Below are positions 48,438-55,556 of a stretch of DNA of 64,000 nucleotides, in pieces. Under the pieces are notes generated by a model. It ran no database searches, was not told the origin of the DNA, and saw only the letters and a program-made list of their open reading frames with translations. Source of the stretch: a virus; the IMG/VR virus record IMGVR_UViG_3300023296_000646, positions 30,981-94,980 of that record. One strand, written 5' to 3'. Made by a program: the position numbers and the translations under genes. The first letter of the stretch is position 1. The number at the start of each line of letters is the position of its first letter.

Positions 48438-48508
48438 TGCTCGTACAGAGACTTGAACTCTGATCCAACGCTTTAGAGGCGCATGCTCTACCATTGAGCT
48501 ATACGAGC
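48438..48508 (-). tRNA. tRNA with CUA anticodon (amber suppressor); CCA not encoded
   Basis: GCTCGTA TA GCTC AATGGTA GAGC A TGCGC CTCTAAA GCGTT GGAT CAGAG TTCAAGT CTCTG TACGAGC A: complete cloverleaf, loop C-U-CUA-A-A. Confidence 0.9.
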
Positions 48509-48509
48509 T

Positions 48510-48560
48510 TATAGATACGTAGTACTATTAAACGATTTAATTGTTTAATACGTATCTATA
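48510..48560. other. Long hairpin immediately 5' of the tRNA
   Basis: TATAGATACGTA...TACGTATCTATA (12-bp perfect arms) with inner TATTAAACGATT/AATTGTTTAATA pairing. Confidence 0.7.
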
Positions 48561-48575
48561 TTTGCTAATCAAATA

Positions 48576-49175
48576 TTAAACTTGATCTGCATTTTCTGTT
48601 CTATAGGAAGTTGAACGTGTGCTCATTGAACTGTAGTTTAAAGTAGTACCATCAAATGTTGATGCGAATGAAACTGAATCTGCTTTAGATAACCCATAAT
48701 TGGCTCCACCTTGGGCAAATCCGTCAATTCCTGTGCCAGCAAACATAAATTCCCAACCTAGAGTTTGTTTACCCTGAATTAGTTCTTTAGCTTGATTGGT
48801 GTTGTACTCTCTACTTGAATTTTCTTGACCATCCGTATTAATAAATACCATTGCTCTTCCATCACTATATCTTAATAGTGTTTCTCCAATTGCATCATTC
48901 AATGCAGTACCATATCCACCACAACTATATTCATTTCCAGTTAAAACCGGCGTATCTTGAATATCAATTCTATTGTGAAGTGTTGTAACTTTGTTGTTGA
49001 ACATTATTGTACTTAATATTGCTTCTCCCTTTACTAGCTTTTGTTCCTGAATGAATTCGTTGAAACCACTAATAACACTATCTGTCAGATGCGACATTGA
49101 TGGTGATTGATCCAATATACAAATGATATGTACTGGGCCTTCCTTATTTGCTACTACCTTTTTTGCATTAGCCAT
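48576..49175 (-). CDS. Stand-alone von Willebrand factor A (VWA) domain protein
   Basis: MIDAS motif ILDQSPSM...GGYGTALNDAIG...FINTDGQENSSREY...GWEFMFAG. Confidence 0.9.
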   Translation of the reverse strand: MANAKKVVANKEGPVHIICILDQSPSMSHLTDSVISGFNEFIQEQKLVKGEAILSTIMFNNKVTTLHNRIDIQDTPVLTGNEYSCGGYGTALNDAIGETLLRYSDGRAMVFINTDGQENSSREYNTNQAKELIQGKQTLGWEFMFAGTGIDGFAQGGANYGLSKADSVSFASTFDGTTLNYSSMSTRSTSYRTENADQV

Positions 49176-49200
49176 TGTTTTCTCCTTTCTTTAATTGAAT

Positions 49201-49276
49201 ATCCACCAATCATTTTGTGACCTATCTTTTTATGATCACTCTAAAGTCTTAAAGACTCATAACCAATAGATGCGAG
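49201..49276 (-). ncRNA. Candidate structured cis-regulatory leader RNA, copy 2
   Basis: CTCGC-[ATCTATTGGTTAT]-GA-[GTCT tta AGAC]-TTTAGA-[GTGATC ataaaaagata GGTCAC]-AAA-[ATGATTGGTGGAT]; lies between promoter motif 49282 and SD AAGGAG/ATG 49175. Confidence 0.7.
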
Positions 49277-49304
49277 TTATATATAAGTATATCAAACTTA
49301 GTGT

Positions 49305-50726
49305 TTAATTAACTAGATGTGCGTCTGCATTGTAATTAAATGTAGCCTTATATCCAGCCTCTCCACTATACAAATACATTTGGCCTGCTCGTAGAGTTCC
49401 TACAAACGTTTTAAGATGATGCCATCCATCTGTTTTTGAAAGAGAAGGTGCTTGACGAACTGTAACTCCCTTGTCTTCTGCATATTCTGTAATGAAATAT
49501 CCACCATCCTTTTTGTGAAGGTGACCAGTATGAACTTCTCTATATGGACATTTAAACCAATTTTCTGAATATTCAACTGCCATAAATCCTTGAGCATTTT
49601 TGAATGTTGAATTATTACCATGGACTCCCATAAAGAAATTTTTCTTATATGCGTGATCTGCAACTCCATGTTTATGGACGCTTACAGTAACATCATCAGT
49701 ATGTGCAAAATGCGACTGAATTGATTTACATATTCCATAGCTAGTATTCCAATCATGGTTACCTGCTACATGACGCACATATACATGATCACAATATTCT
49801 CTACAAATATTTGCAGTTTGAATTCCTAACTCCAATCCAGCATCAAACTGACTATACCAACTTGCGTTAGATTCAACTTGTGTTCCACGAGTCGTTTGAC
49901 CTCTAACATTATCAGTATGGGTTAAATCATTACCCCACCAAATAATAATTTCTTCAATGTTGTAAATTCCAGCTTGAGCTAACATAAATCGAACTGCTCG
50001 TTCATGTTCTGCCATTGCATCTTTAATCGTCCAACTTTCATCTACAGCTAATTTGCCAAGATGAAGATCTGCTATGTTTATTACAAGGCAGTGTGGAGTT
50101 TCAAATTGAACTCCATGTTTGAACGTTCGTTTGGCTACACTACCAATTGGACCTGTTTTTTCTAAACGTTCTAATAATAGTTCAAGAGATTTAACCTTTG
50201 TTTGAACATCTTTATTTGGTCGTAACTCTGCATGAATAGACCATGCACTGTGACTATGAGGAACTTCAATATATCCAAATGATCCATCAGATTTGACATG
50301 TTCATGTCTAAGCTTCATTGCAACCGTTCTGGGTTTAACAGTTAGCTTCTGGATGATCCATTCATCTTCTTTTAAGTTTACCAGTTTGAAAATATCAGAT
50401 GCATCTATGTTTGCACCACCCACAGTTCCACTAATAACTCTTGTTCCGTTTTCAAGAATTGTTGCATGTAACCCTTCATACTCTTTATCATCTAGAGTTT
50501 TACCTGCATCCCGTTCGGATTTAGTTTCTACCCATGATTTTAGTGTGGTAAATCGATCGTCGTCTAAATCCGAATCAATATAACCTTCCTCATCACGTAG
50601 ATCTGTGTTTGCCCATTTACTAACGTGGTTAACTCCCATTCCCATAACATTGGAAATTTCAACTCTAGTTAAATTTAAAGGATAGTTGACCGCATTTTTA
50701 ATCAGTCTGTGTAATTTGATATTCAT
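49305..50726 (-). CDS. Calcineurin-like metallophosphoesterase with N-terminal extension
   Basis: IADLHLGK, GNDLTH, AGNHD, VHGN, HTGHLH. Confidence 0.85.
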   Translation of the reverse strand: MNIKLHRLIKNAVNYPLNLTRVEISNVMGMGVNHVSKWANTDLRDEEGYIDSDLDDDRFTTLKSWVETKSERDAGKTLDDKEYEGLHATILENGTRVISGTVGGANIDASDIFKLVNLKEDEWIIQKLTVKPRTVAMKLRHEHVKSDGSFGYIEVPHSHSAWSIHAELRPNKDVQTKVKSLELLLERLEKTGPIGSVAKRTFKHGVQFETPHCLVINIADLHLGKLAVDESWTIKDAMAEHERAVRFMLAQAGIYNIEEIIIWWGNDLTHTDNVRGQTTRGTQVESNASWYSQFDAGLELGIQTANICREYCDHVYVRHVAGNHDWNTSYGICKSIQSHFAHTDDVTVSVHKHGVADHAYKKNFFMGVHGNNSTFKNAQGFMAVEYSENWFKCPYREVHTGHLHKKDGGYFITEYAEDKGVTVRQAPSLSKTDGWHHLKTFVGTLRAGQMYLYSGEAGYKATFNYNADAHLVN

Positions 50727-50749
50727 ATGTTTCTCATTCGTTCATAAAA

Positions 50750-50796
50750 AGTTAATTGCAAGTTTAATAGTTAATTGCAAGTTTAACTTTGCAATT
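50750..50796. repeat. 18-bp direct repeat plus overlapping inverted copy upstream of the phosphoesterase
   Basis: AGTTAATTGCAAGTTTAA at 50750 and 50769, then ACTTTGCAATT. Confidence 0.75.
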
Positions 50797-50797
50797 T

Positions 50798-50977
50798 CTA
50801 ATTGATTAGGTCTGAACCTTCTCCAACCATCGCAACTAAGTATGCAAGGGTATCCTGCGTCATTATAGCATAACCATCTTCTACGATGATTTCCCCATTT
50901 TCTAATTCTTTTATGTTCTTGCGCTTTCCAAACTTGCGCTTTAGGAACATACGTAACGTCTCTTTGTCTTCACTCAA
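50798..50977 (-). CDS. Small hypothetical protein (about 59 aa)
   Basis: Manual translation from TTG: LSEDKETLRMFLKRKFG...DLIN. Confidence 0.5.
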   Translation of the reverse strand: MSEDKETLRMFLKRKFGKRKNIKELENGEIIVEDGYAIMTQDTLAYLVAMVGEGSDLIN

Positions 50978-50981
50978 AATC

Positions 50982-51455
50982 TTATACTCTACTGCTTACA
51001 GTTATTTTTCTAAATGTCGAAGAATATGAAATACAATAAATGTTATTTCCAATTGACATATAATAAATCTTCCATGATTTTACTGGAGAATCAAGTTCTA
51101 CAACAGTATATCCAAATGCTACAGCATTGTTGACATCCGTATCAAACGTCTCTACGTTATATCCCTGAGTTGTATTTATCGTTAATGAACACAATAGCGG
51201 ATTTGTTTCACTAACGGTCTTAGTTGGTACAATTTGAAACAGCGCTGAAAGATGTGAGGTAACTAAATTTGATGCACCATCTTCAGAATTGGCAATCACA
51301 TAATCAGTTACTTCTGAAAATGTTCTATTCTTTAAAGAATCAACAGAAGTTTTAATATGAATCGCAATATCTAAATCTTCGTGTTGATTCTTTATCTTCT
51401 TCCGCTTACCGTGAAGTTTGCGGTTTCCAAATTCTTTATGTTTAGTTTCTAGCAT
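50982..51455 (-). CDS. Hypothetical protein
   Basis: ORF track; late-type motif at about 51463. Confidence 0.55.
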   Translation of the reverse strand: MLETKHKEFGNRKLHGKRKKIKNQHEDLDIAIHIKTSVDSLKNRTFSEVTDYVIANSEDGASNLVTSHLSALFQIVPTKTVSETNPLLCSLTINTTQGYNVETFDTDVNNAVAFGYTVVELDSPVKSWKIYYMSIGNNIYCISYSSTFRKITVSSRV

Positions 51456-51502
51456 AGTATTGATAAATATGACGTATAGTGTCTATTGCTCTAATCAATT
51501 AC

Positions 51503-51541
51503 AAAATAAAAAGGAGAGTGTAGATTTGCTACAGGCTCTCC
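51503..51541 (-). terminator. Probable terminator ending the small-gene block
   Basis: Minus strand GGAGAG-CC-TGTAG-CAAAT-CTACA-CTCTCC-TTTTTATTTT. Confidence 0.65.
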
Positions 51542-51659
51542 AGTGTATTGACATTAAGTGCAATGAGATCTATTGTTCAAAAACTTCTTCTTTTATTTTC
51601 TAAAAATTTAATAAACTATAAGATATAATGTTTATATTGTAATAGTTTGTATTATTAAT

Positions 51660-51687
51660 AGATGGTAGATAGTAGATAGTAGATAGT
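51660..51687. repeat. 4 tandem heptamers AGATRGT in an AT-rich non-coding gap
   Basis: AGATGGT AGATAGT AGATAGT AGATAGT. Confidence 0.8.
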
Positions 51688-51747
51688 ATCTATACTTATT
51701 CTTTTCCTAAATTTTTGTTTCCTAAAAATCTACAATTTATTCATAAA

Positions 51748-52107
51748 TTAATAAACCATTAGAGCATACGTTCCAATTAGACAGGAAATGTGAATGAATT
51801 GGTCTATGCCAATTATTAAGAAAAATGTATGAATCTTTTTTTCTTCCCAATATTTTGAAGTAAGTCTAGATGTAACATAATCTGTAACCCAATGTAAGAT
51901 TCCGTTTAATAGTGCATATTGCCAAGAAATAAGAATAAATACACACGAATACGTGCCCGCGTGAAGTGATAACCATTTAATACTTTTACTCTTATTTTCT
52001 GCCATTTTCCTGGTTTGAAGGGCAAAATCTGCAATTACATGCATAGCGCATAGCATAATTACGATCACAACTGGGATATTCAGCATCATTATATCATTCA
52101 TGACCAT
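51748..52107 (-). CDS. DUF3307-like membrane protein
   Basis: HVIADFALQT...HAGTY...HWVTD...IGIDQFIH. Confidence 0.8.
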   Translation of the reverse strand: MVMNDIMMLNIPVVIVIMLCAMHVIADFALQTRKMAENKSKSIKWLSLHAGTYSCVFILISWQYALLNGILHWVTDYVTSRLTSKYWEEKKIHTFFLIIGIDQFIHISCLIGTYALMVY

Positions 52108-52502
52108 TCTCCTGCAATATAGTCAGTTATAGTAACTCTTGGTGATTCATCTTGCAATCTCTTGGACAACTCTGGATACAATGAAACTACATCTATTTTG
52201 TGTACAGTTCTTTTAACAGGGAACTTCTTTAAGAGCCATGCTGGGAATACGTCCTGTTTAAAGTGTTGCCACCAGCTAGTTGGTACCCCTTTAATTTCGT
52301 AATTACGGTTATTTCCGTACACATGGGCTTCCAGTCTAAATGTTAAATTTTGAGCAACTTCAGAAAGAGTACGATCTACTCGTAGGCTGTCAATAAGCTT
52401 ATCAGTTTTGAGTTGAGTATCTGGAACTGCCGCACATATAAATGTACGTATTTTTTCCAATTGATGTTGCTCAATTGTATATGAGTCGTGTATATCTATC
52501 AT
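52098..52502 (-). CDS. Hypothetical protein
   Basis: ORF track; overlapping operon packing. Confidence 0.6.
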   Translation of the reverse strand: MIDIHDSYTIEQHQLEKIRTFICAAVPDTQLKTDKLIDSLRVDRTLSEVAQNLTFRLEAHVYGNNRNYEIKGVPTSWWQHFKQDVFPAWLLKKFPVKRTVHKIDVVSLYPELSKRLQDESPRVTITDYIAGEWS

Positions 52503-52771
52503 ATTTTTATTACCCTAGCTGCTATTCTAATGTTTCCGTCGCTTATTAAAAACGATCCTTTTTTATCTGCCCTATGTAATTCTATAAGTTCGTCATCGGG
52601 TTCATCATATGGTTCATCTTTAGCAAAACAAAAATTCCGTGAAAGAATAATTGCCTTATCATTTGCTTCCTTTATTTTTGCCTTTGGATCTAGATGAACA
52701 AAAAACACCCTTCGTCCACCGTTTCTATAGTTAGCTATAAATTTGTATTCCTTCTTTCCTAATATTGTCAT
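52499..52771 (-). CDS. Hypothetical protein
   Basis: ORF track; ATGA coupling. Confidence 0.55.
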   Translation of the reverse strand: MTILGKKEYKFIANYRNGGRRVFFVHLDPKAKIKEANDKAIILSRNFCFAKDEPYDEPDDELIELHRADKKGSFLISDGNIRIAARVIKI

Positions 52772-53046
52772 TTTTTCGTTTCACGTTTTGCATATTTATT
52801 TGCAACTCTAACTGCTTTAGACATCGTTGCTAAATCTCTCTTTAGAGTTAATGGGTTTTGCCCATGCCTCTCTGCATCTTTTACCAATTGAGCACATCTG
52901 TCTATTGCGCTTTGAATATCTATTGAATACCCAGAAGGCCCAGATTTAGAAGATGATATTACAGTATATGATTGGTTTATACATCCTGTGCAATTACACA
53001 TACACCCTGCATAAAAATTATCTTTCTCAATCCATGCTACTACCAT
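52768..53046 (-). CDS. Hypothetical protein, Cys-rich N-terminus
   Basis: ORF track. Confidence 0.55.
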   Translation of the reverse strand: MVVAWIEKDNFYAGCMCNCTGCINQSYTVISSSKSGPSGYSIDIQSAIDRCAQLVKDAERHGQNPLTLKRDLATMSKAVRVANKYAKRETKK

Positions 53047-53047
53047 A

Positions 53048-53234
53048 TCAATCCTCTATATCTAAAGGTCCATAAAATGTGTAATCGTCCAACACGCGAA
53101 CAGTAGACACCAATACCCAATTCATGATGTCTACTGTAAACTTCCACTTATAGTCCATATGATCTTGTATCATATATTGACCAGGTGGAGCTCCCGTTAT
53201 TTCAGATCCTTTCCATTTTTTTTGGAACTATCAT
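53048..53234 (-). pseudogene. Small gene frameshifted in an A8 run
   Basis: Coupled TAATG start, ATG ATA GTT CC A8 TGG; with A7 it reads a 61-aa ORF to TGA at 53048. Confidence 0.45.
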
Positions 53235-53599
53235 TACTCATCTTCTTCTTTAAGTTCAAATCCTAGAGCTTCTGCTACTTCATAATCTTCAACATAATTG
53301 ATTATTTCAATTCTATCAATTTTGTGTTCACCATGGCATGGAATTTCGAATTCTTGATCCCATTCACTAACCTCCAATGGTTTATGTGTAAACGCAGAAT
53401 CTAACAGTTGTCCCAATTTCCATGCAGGATTTCCATCTGACCAAAGCTCGTTGTACATTATTACATATGAATCATCAATAAAGTTTCCACACGCTTCCAT
53501 AATCTTTCTAAGGAGTTCTGGATTGTCTGCTCCTTGCTTTTCAAATGAATCTACTACTGCGTGTGCTTTGTATGCATAAGCGTCTACTGACATTCCCAT
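53234..53599 (-). CDS. Hypothetical acidic protein
   Basis: ORF track. Confidence 0.6.
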   Translation of the reverse strand: MGMSVDAYAYKAHAVVDSFEKQGADNPELLRKIMEACGNFIDDSYVIMYNELWSDGNPAWKLGQLLDSAFTHKPLEVSEWDQEFEIPCHGEHKIDRIEIINYVEDYEVAEALGFELKEEDE

Positions 53600-53602
53600 A
53601 TA

Positions 53603-54118
53603 TTAGTTCCAGTTTATGTGAGGACAATTTTCTTTATACGTAGCCTTAATTTTAGCTGCTAACAGAGATTCTGTGTGTGGTTCTGGAGTACGATTCTTTT
53701 CGTATTGTACAATTAAATATCCAATTCCCATAATTACCACACATGTTAATCCAATAATAGCTAATCCGGAAATCCAGTTAAATATTAATCCTGTTCCAAA
53801 TAACCATTTACCAAGAAAGTATGCTCCAGTATTGGCACCCCAAAATCCTGCACCTGCAAGTACCTTCATTGGCCAATCTGCAACTCTATCTGATTTAACT
53901 AGTTTTAGCTGCTGATTGAATGGATATGCCACTGCTGTCAGTGGAAACCAAACACATGCTGCAGCTACTTGCCAAAAATATGGACAAAGATTTGTTGGAG
54001 CTTTTCTATTGAATGATGCTCTAAAAAATTTGTAATGCCAATCATTTTTTGAAAGGTTCACTTCTGTTTTTTCTTGGATATCTTCTTCTTGATCGTATCC
54101 TTCATTCATATGCGCCAT
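53603..54118 (-). CDS. Hypothetical membrane protein
   Basis: WHYKF...PTNLCPYFW; 2-3 TM segments. Confidence 0.65.
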   Translation of the reverse strand: MAHMNEGYDQEEDIQEKTEVNLSKNDWHYKFFRASFNRKAPTNLCPYFWQVAAACVWFPLTAVAYPFNQQLKLVKSDRVADWPMKVLAGAGFWGANTGAYFLGKWLFGTGLIFNWISGLAIIGLTCVVIMGIGYLIVQYEKNRTPEPHTESLLAAKIKATYKENCPHINWN

Positions 54119-54119
54119 A

Positions 54120-54323
54120 TTAGCTTGCTCGTATTATGTTAATTGATGAACCAACATTTAGTTGGTCTAGCGTTTTACTTAGAAGATCATCCATTTGATC
54201 AGCTTCAGATAAATTTATGTGATGAGAAATTTCAGCTTCTTCCATTTCTTGAGTTCTCATTGCCTTCACAATTTCATGATAAAAATTTATATCGTATCGA
54301 TAATCCAGATCTTTACTATTCAT
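54120..54323 (-). CDS. Hypothetical protein
   Basis: ORF track. Confidence 0.5.
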   Translation of the reverse strand: MNSKDLDYRYDINFYHEIVKAMRTQEMEEAEISHHINLSEADQMDDLLSKTLDQLNVGSSINIIRAS

Positions 54324-54574
54324 TATTTCTTTCTTTTGTGTTTTGGAGGATCGTTTAAGATTTCTGGAAGTATGGAGTCTATTTCTTCCTTCGATGGTTT
54401 AGTCCATGCGCCATCACTTAATATTTTTTTTATTATTGGAAACCATTCTGGATCCAGTTTATGCTTTAGAACCCCAATTCCGCTATTTTCAAATAATGCA
54501 AATCCATACATTGTAACTGCACGTACTTGATCTATTCTTGGCATTTTATTAAATGCTTCCTTTGATGGTTCCAT
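54323..54574 (-). CDS. Hypothetical protein
   Basis: ORF track; TAATG coupling. Confidence 0.55.
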   Translation of the reverse strand: MEPSKEAFNKMPRIDQVRAVTMYGFALFENSGIGVLKHKLDPEWFPIIKKILSDGAWTKPSKEEIDSILPEILNDPPKHKRKK

Positions 54575-54789
54575 TATCTAGTATGCAGTGTCAATGTTGA
54601 TATATTTGGGGTTCTATTTAAAAGATCAGTAAGAATCTTTACCCATGTTTGAGCATCCTGTTCGCTTGGTGCAATAATAAAAGTTTTAGCAGGATGATCT
54701 AACCATTTAATTGAATATGTATCCATAACATAGTATACAATTATTTTTCCATTAACTAGGATTTCACGTCTATTCTTATTCTTTGACAT
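54574..54789 (-). CDS. Hypothetical protein
   Basis: ORF track. Confidence 0.5.
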   Translation of the reverse strand: MSKNKNRREILVNGKIIVYYVMDTYSIKWLDHPAKTFIIAPSEQDAQTWVKILTDLLNRTPNISTLTLHTR

Positions 54790-54792
54790 ATT

Positions 54793-55353
54793 TTATTTAC
54801 CAGTTAGAGATGTAGTGTACCAACCGTCTTTGCTTCTAACCAAATCTCTAGTGTTATCTGGCTGGGCTTTAATATCACCCATCCAACGTCTCCATCTTTG
54901 ACATCCTGTTAAAAATCCACTAACCCTACTAAGAGGAACTTTAACAATTTGATTTGATGTCAATTCATATCTCTGATATCCATTTTTATCTACAACATCT
55001 TTATCAATTATAATAACATTTATTCCAAACATTCCAGGAATAAATCCGTTAATTGTCTTGTCATTTGTACAATGGGCGTTAAATGTATGTCCAGTTGTGC
55101 TACTATAGTGGCTGAGTTCACCTGCTAATACTGTTGCAATTATATATGGCTCTGAAAATCCTTCCCAAATATTTTTTAGTTCTGATTGAGGCTGTCCTTT
55201 AACAGTTTCTAAAGTTTCAACCCTATTCATCAATTCTGAATACTCGTCAGAATGTCCTAGAGTATTAGATATAAACCCGAATTGTAGTGCTGCTACTAAG
55301 ATTATAGCAATCATTCCGAATGAATACCATGCGATCGTTTTGTTCATTTTCAT
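54793..55353 (-). CDS. Hypothetical membrane-anchored protein
   Basis: Likely start MKMNKTIAWYSFG; N-terminal TM. Confidence 0.55.
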   Translation of the reverse strand: MKMNKTIAWYSFGMIAIILVAALQFGFISNTLGHSDEYSELMNRVETLETVKGQPQSELKNIWEGFSEPYIIATVLAGELSHYSSTTGHTFNAHCTNDKTINGFIPGMFGINVIIIDKDVVDKNGYQRYELTSNQIVKVPLSRVSGFLTGCQRWRRWMGDIKAQPDNTRDLVRSKDGWYTTSLTGK

Positions 55354-55556
55354 TTTAGTTTGTGTTTGATTACGATAAAAAGCATGTCTATTAGAAATAC
55401 TACCAGTATAGTAGTTCCAAGTTTCCAATGATGTAAAAATACTTGCATCTCTGAGAGTTCAGGGTTTCTAACCCAATAGGTAAATGCTATTATCATGTAC
55501 AATAACATTAAGCCATACATAGCATACGAAAGATATTTTTCTAAAAATTTAATCAT
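55350..55556 (-). CDS. Small 2-TM protein
   Basis: Likely start MIKFLEKY; WVRNPELSEMQVFLHHW. Confidence 0.5.
   Translation of the reverse strand: MIKFLEKYLSYAMYGLMLLYMIIAFTYWVRNPELSEMQVFLHHWKLGTTILVVFLIDMLFIVIKHKLK

Noticed and set aside
48438-48508. tRNA-Pyl or tRNA-Arg(UCU) interpretation
   Set aside because: The canonical D-loop GG, T-loop TTC and 5-bp anticodon stem are unlike tRNA-Pyl; centring the loop on TCT breaks the anticodon stem and loses U33
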